Shown piece by piece: positions 29,920 through 37,072 of a stretch of 64,000 bases of DNA. This stretch comes from an uncultured Clostridia bacterium (GTDB lineage: Bacteria; Bacillota; Clostridia; Christensenellales; UBA1242): assembly GCA_947584415.1 (NCBI GenBank), contig CANPWN010000001.1:13216-77215 (forward strand), in the 5' to 3' direction. A program made the translations under genes and the position numbers. The notes under the pieces are model-generated. The model saw only the letters and a program-made list of their open reading frames with translations. It was not told where the DNA came from and searched no databases. Position 1 is the first letter of the stretch. Every line of letters starts with the position of its first letter.

Positions 29920-29948
29920 AGTATAACAAAAACGGAAACATTTGTCAA
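29920..29948 (-). promoter_or_regulatory. Sigma-A promoter of prfB
   Basis: TTGACA-17 nt-TATACT on the minus strand. Confidence 0.65.
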
Positions 29949-29963
29949 AAGAATAAAGTTTAA

Positions 29964-29991
29964 TAAAAAAACAAGGCTTTAAGAACCTTGC
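29964..29991 (-). terminator. Terminator of the hexapeptide-protein/sORF transcript
   Basis: Stem caagg/ccttg overlaps the sORF stop codon and is followed by T7 on the minus strand. Confidence 0.7.
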
Positions 29992-30095
29992 TTTTTGTTA
30001 GTTTTCTTTTTCTTAGTGTCAAACAATTCGTTGAACAAATCTTTATTTTCAGCATATTCTTTATCAAGTAAGTCCATAAGTTTTTGGATATCCAT
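29979..30095 (-). CDS. 38-aa sORF downstream of the hexapeptide-repeat protein
   Basis: GGAGGcgaaatATG begins 12 nt after the upstream stop. Peptide: MDIQKLMDLLDKEYAENKDLFNELFDTKKKKTNKKQGS. The terminator overlaps its stop. It falls below the ORF-track size cutoff. Confidence 0.55.
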   Translation of the reverse strand: MDIQKLMDLLDKEYAENKDLFNELFDTKKKKTNKKQGS

Positions 30096-30107
30096 ATTTC
30101 GCCTCCA

Positions 30108-32738
30108 TTACTTACCCAAATTTTCCAATGCAGCATCAACCTCGTCAATAATCTCTTCATTATTCATAAGGCTTGAGATATAGCCCAGTGCATCAGCGGG
30201 AATGTCATCAGTAAGTTTTTGTTGCATCTCTTCTGTGATAGCTTGTTTCACAGTTGCACTTGAGCATTTAGCAACCAGCCTAAAAGTTTTGAACAACTCT
30301 TCTACACTCTCAATATCAACATTATCACCGTCAGCATATTTATCAATATCTTGTGCCAATTTCACAACTCTTGCTGCGTAAGATTTCATATTTCTAACGG
30401 TTGGGCGCTTGTCTTCAGGCAACCTGCCAAACAACTTTTGTGACGCTTTGTCAAATGTTTTGCGATACATAATCACATCCATGTAATCTTCGAATATTAC
30501 TTTATCATCTTCACCTAACAAAGATGTCCCGAGCATTGTAAGTCCAGCAAGTGTGAGCATGTCCTGTGCGCCAAGTTGTTGCATATCATCTTCCAAGGTC
30601 TTTTCGCTTTCAAGGGCTTTAAGACCTCTTTCTCTATCAGTCTTATACCAAACGCTTTCTTGCTCATTAGAAATCTCTTCCGCTTCTTCTTCTGGCTGTT
30701 CTGCCTCTACTTCAGCATTTTCTTCCTCAGCCTTTTCTTCCTCAGCCTTTTCTTCCTCTTTTGCAACATAACCTGTTACAGTGCCTGTGTCAACTTTCCC
30801 GTCAACTATTGCTTGTCCACAAACATTGGCATCACCACAAACTTCTGCGCCTTTGTTTATTTTGGCATTTCCATAAACTTCTGCATTGCCATAAACAACA
30901 CAGCCATTCAATTCTGCTTTGCCATACACTTCTGCACCATCAGACACAACCGAATTGATAACTTTTGCGGCTCCATAAATTTCAGCATCATTAAGAATCA
31001 AACTTTTTTCAACTCTTGCTGCTCCATAAACTTCAGCATCACCTTCTACTATTGAATTCTTAATGCTTGCAACACCATAAATCTCGCCACCATAAATTAA
31101 AGATGAATTTACATTTGCAACGCCATATACTTCAGAGCTTATTAAAAATGATTTTTTTATAAGTGCCTTTTCGTAAATATCAGACACTATAATTAAAGAA
31201 TCTTCAATTTTAGTGTCATCGGAAATGTTTGTTTGACCTATCAAATATGAACTTTTGATGTTTGGCGTTCCAAAAATACATGCTTCTTCATCCATCCATG
31301 ACTCTCCGTCATCTTGCCAATCACCTAGTGCATTTAATTCAACAAAACCGCCAAGTGTTCCTTCTTTAATTTCACAATCGAATTCGCCTTTGTCCATATC
31401 TTCAACAAATTCTTCCATGTCTTTCTTAAAATCTTCATCGTCAATTTCAGACATACCCGAATTCAAAGCCTTTTTCGCAAGTTTCTTTGCAACATCAGTC
31501 GATTTAGCCAAAGAGATGTCTTTCAAAGCGACAATTTGGTTCAGAGTGTATGTGTTACCATTTGCATCTTCAAAATCTTTTGTTATATTTGTTACGCCCC
31601 AACCATTAAGAGTTTTGAGAATTTCATATTCTTCTCCATCTTCTTCTACTTCTTCCTCTACTTCTTCGTCAGGTTGCGCTTCTTTTTGTTTATTGGCAAA
31701 TTCAACTTCAAGTTGTTCTCTAAGTTCCGCCTCAATCTTTTCCCTAAGTTCAGCTTCAACTTTTGCCCTTGTTTTGGCTTCAACCTCGGCAGTTGTCTCC
31801 GCTTTAACTTTGGCAGTGATTTCTTTTTCTACTTTTGCGGTGATTTGAGGTTTAAGTTTGGCTATAAGTTCAGCTTGAACATCATTAAGCAGCGCTGCTT
31901 TACGCTCTTGATATTCTTTTTCATATCTATTTGCTTTGATAACTGATGGCTCGCCTTGTTTTGGTTCAACAACTTGTCCCATCCCAACATTGAAGTCCAC
32001 TTTGGCATATCCACCAATTTCGGCATCACCGTCAATTCTTGCATTGCCAAAGACTTCTGCATTGCCAGAAACACGCGCACCTTTGTTTAAAATAACTCTG
32101 CCACCAGGGAAAACTTCTTCCCCACCGCAAACAGCAGCATCTTCATAAATTTTGACATTTCCTCCGACTTTGGCTGCGCCATACACTCTTGCATTGTCAG
32201 TAACTTCAGCAGAGCCATCAACGCTGGCGCCGCCAAAAACTTCACTATCTCCATGAACATACGCGTTCCCACTTACTTTTGCATTGCCGTATACCTTCGC
32301 GTTGTCAGTTATCAAACCACTATAAATTTGGGCTTTGCCATACACTTTTGCATCGCCATTGATAACGCTTCCTGAATAAGCATATGCTTCACCATACATT
32401 TCTGCGTTACCGCTGATAACGCTTCCTGAGCAAGCATGCGCTTCGCCATATAGTTCTGCGTTACCGCAAATCATTGCATCACTATTAACAACTGCTTTAT
32501 CATACACTTTTGCAGTGTCTCCAATCCACCCTTCTAATGGATAGAACCTTCTTTCTTGATAATTGTAATATCCACCCAAAGTCCCTTCTGTTGCAATAAT
32601 TTTGCCATCTTTATCTGTGATATCTTTGATAGCAACAACACGGTTTAGCACAATATCCTTTCCATTGCGCGTAATGGTTAGGGTTATGTCTGTTACGCCA
32701 AAACAAGTTTTTTCATCTATAATTTTGTATTCGTCCAT
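30108..32738 (-). CDS. 876-aa cytosolic protein with two tandem [small beta domain + left-handed beta-helix hexapeptide repeat] modules, a charged coiled coil, acidic linkers and a helical C-terminal domain
   Basis: Start set at MDEYKII (AGGAGGggaaaATG at 32738); the 908-aa track ORF runs through its own promoter. Strict 6-residue periodicity is visible (YGNAKV SGNAYV HGDSEV FGGASV DGSAEV TDNARV YGAAKV ...). There is no signal peptide. The module heads LNRVVAIKDI..EGTLGGY and LNQIVALKDI..EGTLGGF are duplicated. Confidence 0.8.
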   Translation of the reverse strand: MDEYKIIDEKTCFGVTDITLTITRNGKDIVLNRVVAIKDITDKDGKIIATEGTLGGYYNYQERRFYPLEGWIGDTAKVYDKAVVNSDAMICGNAELYGEAHACSGSVISGNAEMYGEAYAYSGSVINGDAKVYGKAQIYSGLITDNAKVYGNAKVSGNAYVHGDSEVFGGASVDGSAEVTDNARVYGAAKVGGNVKIYEDAAVCGGEEVFPGGRVILNKGARVSGNAEVFGNARIDGDAEIGGYAKVDFNVGMGQVVEPKQGEPSVIKANRYEKEYQERKAALLNDVQAELIAKLKPQITAKVEKEITAKVKAETTAEVEAKTRAKVEAELREKIEAELREQLEVEFANKQKEAQPDEEVEEEVEEDGEEYEILKTLNGWGVTNITKDFEDANGNTYTLNQIVALKDISLAKSTDVAKKLAKKALNSGMSEIDDEDFKKDMEEFVEDMDKGEFDCEIKEGTLGGFVELNALGDWQDDGESWMDEEACIFGTPNIKSSYLIGQTNISDDTKIEDSLIIVSDIYEKALIKKSFLISSEVYGVANVNSSLIYGGEIYGVASIKNSIVEGDAEVYGAARVEKSLILNDAEIYGAAKVINSVVSDGAEVYGKAELNGCVVYGNAEVYGNAKINKGAEVCGDANVCGQAIVDGKVDTGTVTGYVAKEEEKAEEEKAEEENAEVEAEQPEEEAEEISNEQESVWYKTDRERGLKALESEKTLEDDMQQLGAQDMLTLAGLTMLGTSLLGEDDKVIFEDYMDVIMYRKTFDKASQKLFGRLPEDKRPTVRNMKSYAARVVKLAQDIDKYADGDNVDIESVEELFKTFRLVAKCSSATVKQAITEEMQQKLTDDIPADALGYISSLMNNEEIIDEVDAALENLGK
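30718..30758 (-). repeat. 15-nt tandem repeat (2.7 copies) encoding EEKAEEEKAEEE
   Basis: The unit ttttcttcctcagcc is repeated exactly at 30718-30732 and 30733-47, then partially. Confidence 0.8.
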
Positions 32739-32771
32739 TTTCCCCTCCTGTATGAACTTTTTTACGAGATT

Positions 32772-32800
32772 ATTATAAACCCTGTCGTCGTCAATGTCAA
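32772..32800 (-). promoter_or_regulatory. Perfect consensus sigma-A promoter of the hexapeptide-repeat protein gene
   Basis: TTGACA-17 nt-TATAAT on the minus strand. Confidence 0.75.
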
Positions 32801-32848
32801 TACCCAATTTTTCAGGAAAAACGGATAAAAACACGCTTTCCCAGACAA

Positions 32849-32874
32849 CAAAAAAACGGTATAACCGTTTTTTA
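32849..32874 (-). terminator. Terminator after the 399-aa beta-helix protein gene
   Basis: Stem acggt/accgt followed by a T-run on the minus strand, directly after the stop at 32879. Confidence 0.7.
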
Positions 32875-32878
32875 TATC

Positions 32879-34078
32879 TTAATTAACTTGTCCTGCCCAA
32901 TAAAAGTGCCTAAGATGTGGCTGTCCGTCTGCCCCTGTAAACCATTTGGATGGAGTGAAACTGGATTCGATGGCCTCGCCATTGACATAGACACCTTGAT
33001 AATTACACCAATAATAGCTTGGAAAATATTCACCACCTTCAAAAAAAAGCCCTCCATAAGCCAGACAGTTGAATGCACAATCATAAAAAGTAATGTTATA
33101 ATCATGTGTATAACTGAAAAGACAATAGCTACTCCCATTACCCTTATTTATGTAAAATTCACATCCTGTACACGTAAAACTGGAGAATGCGGCAACCTCT
33201 AACAACTGACATAACCACAAATAATTTACATCAATTAAAACATTATTCAAAATGACATCTGCAAACCCCTCGCCGTCATATGTATCAATAATTAAACACA
33301 TACCATCCGCTATAATTACTGAGTCTGTCATGTAGATCTCAGAACGACCATAATTATCTGTATAAGTGGTTCCTACCAAGGTATCACAAATCGCTTCACG
33401 ATTAATAAAATTTAAATCACTTATAATCAATTTGCCATGCAAATTTGCACAAAGATTGCCGCATTCTTTAATTTTTATATGTGAAATGCGGCACATATCA
33501 AATGCGGAACATATGAGAGGAGCACTTATTCCTTCAATAGTAATATTTTGTAAAGTAAAATCACGCACAGAGTCGAACAAGTAATAGCCATCATATGTAA
33601 TAGTATGCCCTTGCCCATCAAAAATACCTTTTATATATTCTGAACTGATAAGTGTTGGTTCGTAGCCAGTCAAATCAAGGTTATCGTCAAGAAGATATTT
33701 ATAATCACTATAAAAAGTCACTTCAGGATTAGCAAGAGCCTCTTGCAAAAAAAGATAGCCATCAATTGAGTTTATGTGAATACTTACACATGATGAAATA
33801 TAAGTCTCATCATATCCTTTCCAAATTCCACTTCCATCATCCTCATAATAAGGCACCATATCTTCAAATTCTGTATATTCATCCGTTACAGCAGTGGCTT
33901 CAGTCGGCAAAGCGGTGACATCAGTGGTTGGAAGAGCATTCAACGGAAGGCAAAGAAGAGCAAAAATAAAAGCCAAGGCGGTTGAAAAAATTATTTTCAA
34001 AAGCCCCGGCTGTTTTGAAAAATGTGGATAATTTTTAGTTAGGCAGTAAGGCTGCCCCCCCCCCCCGGTGGGTAACAA
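32879..34078 (-). CDS. Secreted beta-helix protein (FDGQGHTI motif family); start ambiguous, see poly-G leader
   Basis: The track ORF starts at a TTG. The hydrophobic signal-like segment is KIIFSTALAFIFALLCLPLNA. GIFDGQGHTITYDG plus Cys/aromatic-rich beta-helix-like repeats, ending ..GQPHLRHFYWAGQVN. Confidence 0.75.
   Translation of the reverse strand: MLPTGGGGQPYCLTKNYPHFSKQPGLLKIIFSTALAFIFALLCLPLNALPTTDVTALPTEATAVTDEYTEFEDMVPYYEDDGSGIWKGYDETYISSCVSIHINSIDGYLFLQEALANPEVTFYSDYKYLLDDNLDLTGYEPTLISSEYIKGIFDGQGHTITYDGYYLFDSVRDFTLQNITIEGISAPLICSAFDMCRISHIKIKECGNLCANLHGKLIISDLNFINREAICDTLVGTTYTDNYGRSEIYMTDSVIIADGMCLIIDTYDGEGFADVILNNVLIDVNYLWLCQLLEVAAFSSFTCTGCEFYINKGNGSSYCLFSYTHDYNITFYDCAFNCLAYGGLFFEGGEYFPSYYWCNYQGVYVNGEAIESSFTPSKWFTGADGQPHLRHFYWAGQVN
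34055..34066 (-). repeat. Homopolymeric G12 tract (C12 on plus strand) in the 5' leader of the 399-aa gene
   Basis: Counted directly: 34055-34066 are all C. The tract lies 22 nt downstream of GAGGAaaaaATG (ATG at 34088). Confidence 0.9.
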
Positions 34079-34170
34079 AATGTTTCATTTTTTCCTCGCT
34101 TGTATTTTGTCTATGTGGATAACTTACAAAGGTATTATAACCGAAAATTAGCGAATAACCAAACAAAATA

Positions 34171-34203
34171 ACAAAAAATCCCAAAAATGTTGACATTTTT
34201 GGG
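34171..34203 (-). terminator. Terminator ending the 222-aa gene / GC-element transcript
   Basis: Minus strand cccaaaaatg-tcaa-catttttggg followed by attttttgttatttt. Confidence 0.6.
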
Positions 34204-34318
34204 AAAACGAGCAGTGTTGCCCGTTTTTTTGTTGCACCCGACAAGTTTTTTACTTGGAGACCAATTTTATGGGGGAAGGGCTTTGCCCGACCAAAAATTC
34301 TAGTTGCACCAGCGATTT
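34204..34318. repeat. Two internally deleted copies (C2 34204-34255, C1 34262-34318) of the GC-rich element
   Basis: On the minus strand C2 reads aaaacttgtcgggtgcaacaaaaaaacgggca..ttttccc, matching the copy B 5' hairpin. C1 reads ggtgcaactagaattt..gggcaaagcccttc, joining 5' and 3' motifs of copy A. Confidence 0.65.
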
Positions 34319-34323
34319 TAAGC

Positions 34324-34517
34324 ATCCGGAGTCTCACTTTCACGGAGAAGGGCTCTGTCCGGCGGAAAAGTGAGACGAACACCTCTACCACGTCGCAAGG
34401 CGCAGGTATCAAGTCTTGCAGTGGTGCGAAGGGGGGCCTGTGGGGGGAAACAAAAAAAAGCGGTTAGGAAACAATGTTTCCGTGCCCGCGTTTTCTTTTT
34501 TTGTTGCACCCCACAAG
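34324..34517. repeat. GC-rich interspersed structured element, copy B (about 194 nt)
   Basis: Its 5' 56 nt are about 90 percent identical to 9726-9781, and its 3' hairpin core is shared with copy A. On the minus strand it starts 3 nt after the stop of the 222-aa gene. Confidence 0.8.
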
Positions 34518-34519
34518 TT

Positions 34520-35188
34520 TTAGAACCTCGGTTGATTTATTGGCCCTGTTGCCGTTGGATAGAGCGGCATTTCAAAGAGTCCTGGGCAAGCACTTGATGA
34601 CGGTGCTGCCTGGCATGGTGGGATAACAGGATAACCATAAGATGGCACAAGCACATCAACGAGTGCTGTCACCCTCAAAATTACTTGTAAGCAGCCGGTT
34701 ACAGTGAAGGTGTTTTCAGCCGTGTAAGAGCCAATTTCACTTGAGAACACAGCGCTTGCAGAAATGTTGATTGGAGTGACAGAAGGTTGAGGAACAAAAA
34801 GAATTACGCTTTTTGAAACGGTGATTGTGCTTGTTCCTGTGCCAAGAACGCCGTTTGCATCACGATAAGTCACCACAATTGGGATGGTCACATTTGCACT
34901 CACATTAGCATAGTTTGGGCTGGAGTCAATTCTGTCCACAACAAGGTCAGATATGGTCACTGGACCATTTGTTGCGTTTGCAGCAGAAACATATGTGAGT
35001 GGCAAGGCTGGAGAAGCCGGAGTTAAATCAGTGACTGCAAGCACAATGCCAGTTTCGGTGCTTTGTGACACGCAGGCGTCAAAAACCTTGGTTGTTTCAA
35101 TCAAGATTTTTTCACAAATCCCATTGAGCGGGTTGCCCATAATAGGCCCTGGACGATTAGGATTTGTATTATTGATGTAAAAAGACAT
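34520..35188 (-). CDS. 222-aa beta-rich Thr/Ser/Val/Pro-rich protein, candidate spore-surface/coat component
   Basis: Strong RBS (ataGGAGGtaggaaaATG), no signal peptide, and a Pro-rich Cys-containing tail (PPCQAAPSSSACPGLF). A sigma-K-like promoter lies upstream. Confidence 0.6.
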   Translation of the reverse strand: MSFYINNTNPNRPGPIMGNPLNGICEKILIETTKVFDACVSQSTETGIVLAVTDLTPASPALPLTYVSAANATNGPVTISDLVVDRIDSSPNYANVSANVTIPIVVTYRDANGVLGTGTSTITVSKSVILFVPQPSVTPINISASAVFSSEIGSYTAENTFTVTGCLQVILRVTALVDVLVPSYGYPVIPPCQAAPSSSACPGLFEMPLYPTATGPINQPRF

Positions 35189-35218
35189 TTTCCTACCTCC
35201 TATTTTGTCTATACACTT

Positions 35219-35246
35219 TATAATATGATTGCCTTTTAAAAGGTGT
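35219..35246 (-). promoter_or_regulatory. Sigma-K-like promoter (AC-N17-CATAnnnTA) upstream of the 222-aa gene
   Basis: On the minus strand: aACa-ccttttaaaaggcaat-CATATTATA. It overlaps the alr 3' end and sits about 30 nt upstream of the ATG. Confidence 0.4.
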
Positions 35247-36241
35247 TAATAAAGTTTGGTCTGTCCCCTAAACGAGTTGAAAGCGGTCAAAACCTCATAG
35301 TCAATTCTGCCATAAGCCTTTGCAAAGTCGTCTGCACTTTCAAACATGGTCACCCTGTCGCCGACATTGACTGTTCCTCCCGTTACATCCACAAAGCAGG
35401 TGTCCATGCACAAGTTTCCAACAACCGAATATTTCCTTCCGCAAATTGTCACCTTTGCGTTTTTTGTAAGTTCTCTTGAAAAGCCGTCCGCATAGCCGAC
35501 CCCGACAACCGCCAAAGTTGTGCGGCGTTTGGCCTTAAAAGAGTGATTATAACCTGCGCACTCTCCCTTTTCCAAAGTGCGAACTTGCAGCACTTGGCTT
35601 TCCAAACTCATGACTTTTTTGAGTGACTTGCAACCATAACCATAAAGTCCAAGACCCACTCGCAAAATGTCGCACGGCAACTTTTTTGCATCACTTCCAC
35701 CGAAAGAAATTGGAAAGGCTTTTTCAAGATAAGAACGCGCATCCAAAAATGTTTGATATTCTTCCTGAGTGACTTTTTTATCAGAAAGTGAGGAAAAATG
35801 AGCAGAAAAACCCGCAAAAACATGATTTTTTATTAAATTTTTAAGTTTTTCCATGCTCAGTGAATTTTTGCAGTCAATTCCAAACCTGTTCATACCCGTG
35901 CATAATTTGATAAAACATCTGTTCGTTCGCCCCACTGCTATGGCTTTTTTAACATCATTGAGCGAGGTGGCGGTTAGATAAAATCTTTCTAAAAGATTAA
36001 AGTTATCACACTTACCTAAAATGATGATTTTTTCGTTTGGAAACAAAGAATAAAGCCTTTCTGCCTCACTGACCGAACTTACGCCAAAAAAGTCAACACA
36101 CCCCAAGAGCGTTTTGACAACTTCTTGTGCACCATGGCCATAGGCGTTGGCTTTGACAACAGCGCAAACTTTTGGAGCGTAGCGCTTAAAAAAATTTGCA
36201 TTGTATAAGAGTGCGTCCTGAGAAATCAGTTTCCTATTCAT
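35246..36241 (-). CDS. alr: Alanine racemase
   Basis: PLP-lysine motif AVVKANAYGHG and a C-terminal beta domain; 331 aa (short). Confidence 0.85.
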   Translation of the reverse strand: MNRKLISQDALLYNANFFKRYAPKVCAVVKANAYGHGAQEVVKTLLGCVDFFGVSSVSEAERLYSLFPNEKIIILGKCDNFNLLERFYLTATSLNDVKKAIAVGRTNRCFIKLCTGMNRFGIDCKNSLSMEKLKNLIKNHVFAGFSAHFSSLSDKKVTQEEYQTFLDARSYLEKAFPISFGGSDAKKLPCDILRVGLGLYGYGCKSLKKVMSLESQVLQVRTLEKGECAGYNHSFKAKRRTTLAVVGVGYADGFSRELTKNAKVTICGRKYSVVGNLCMDTCFVDVTGGTVNVGDRVTMFESADDFAKAYGRIDYEVLTAFNSFRGQTKLY

Positions 36242-36273
36242 GCAAATTTTATATTAAAAATTTTTAAATTGTG

Positions 36274-37038
36274 TTACAAACTGTTAAAAGCCTTGTCGAC
36301 CACTTTTTTGACATTGATGTTTCCCTTTTTGCCATTGATATGAAAAAGATATTCAATATTCCCGTTTTTGCCGGTGATTGGAGAGTAATCCAGATGCGAA
36401 ATTGTGATTTTAAAAAATTGAAGATATTCTATGAAGTCATTTAAAAGTTTTTCATGAAGTTTTTTGTCCCTGACAACACCATAATGCTTTTTTGCCTCGG
36501 CAGGCCCACACTCAAATTGTGGTTTAAACAAAATTACGCCTTCAACTCCCGCATATTCCAAAACAATTTTTGGGATGATATGCCTAAGCGAGATAAATGA
36601 TAAATCACTGACAATCATGTCAACATCTTCAAATTTTGGAGCAAGGCGAAAGTCGGTCTTAGAAAGTTCCACCACCCTTGGGTCCTCTTTCAATCTTTGG
36701 GCAAGTTGCCCTTCGCCGACATCAAGCGCATACACTTTTTTTGCGCCGCCTTCGAGTGCAACTTGTGTGAAACCTCCAGTTGACGCGCCAATATCCAGCA
36801 CCACACGCCCTTCAAAATTGAGAGCGAACTTGTCCTTTGCACCAAGCAGTTTATGCGCCCCTCGTGAAACATACTTTGCTTCATCAGAAACGGAAATTTT
36901 GTCCGTGTCACTGACTTTAAACGCACAATCAATTTTTTGCCCGTTGACAAAAACTTGCCCAGCCTTTATTGCAGACTGCGCCTTTTCTCTTGACGGAAAA
37001 TAACCCATAATAACCAAAAATTTGTCAATTCTTTGCAT
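36274..37038 (-). CDS. tlyA: TlyA-family rRNA 2'-O-methyltransferase
   Basis: S4 domain (RIDKFLV..G...SREKAQ..I..G.V.VNG) plus an FtsJ-type SAM fold (LDIGASTGGFT). Confidence 0.88.
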   Translation of the reverse strand: MQRIDKFLVIMGYFPSREKAQSAIKAGQVFVNGQKIDCAFKVSDTDKISVSDEAKYVSRGAHKLLGAKDKFALNFEGRVVLDIGASTGGFTQVALEGGAKKVYALDVGEGQLAQRLKEDPRVVELSKTDFRLAPKFEDVDMIVSDLSFISLRHIIPKIVLEYAGVEGVILFKPQFECGPAEAKKHYGVVRDKKLHEKLLNDFIEYLQFFKITISHLDYSPITGKNGNIEYLFHINGKKGNINVKKVVDKAFNSL

Positions 37039-37072
37039 ATTTTAATCAAAAAAACCGCTTTTAAACGGTTTT

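Noticed and set aside
29960-30183. Track ORFs 29960-30160 (-) and 29995-30183 (+) in the prfB-upstream region
   Set aside because: They are in the wrong frames relative to the RBS. The only ORF here with a Shine-Dalgarno sequence and a terminator-coupled stop is the 38-aa frame at 29979-30095.
30718-30758. Tandem repeats in the window as possible CRISPR arrays
   Set aside because: The repeats are 15 nt and 21 nt, contiguous without spacers, and lie inside coding sequence (40549-40632 is the other case). No cas genes are present. No CRISPR array is in the window.
32739-32834. The upstream 32-codon extension of the hexapeptide protein ORF (track start 32834)
   Set aside because: The extension contains the TTGACA-17-TATAAT promoter itself and has no RBS. 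The internal ATG at 32738 has AGGAGG at ideal spacing.
34035-34597. Three overlapping ORFs (34035-34412 -, 34318-34509 -, 34370-34597 +) predicted across the GC-rich element array
   Set aside because: They lie in different frames over a repeated non-coding element and have no RBS. Their Arg/Gly/Pro-rich translations are what one expects from a local GC spike. One of them is simply the out-of-frame continuation of the poly-G leader ATG frame.
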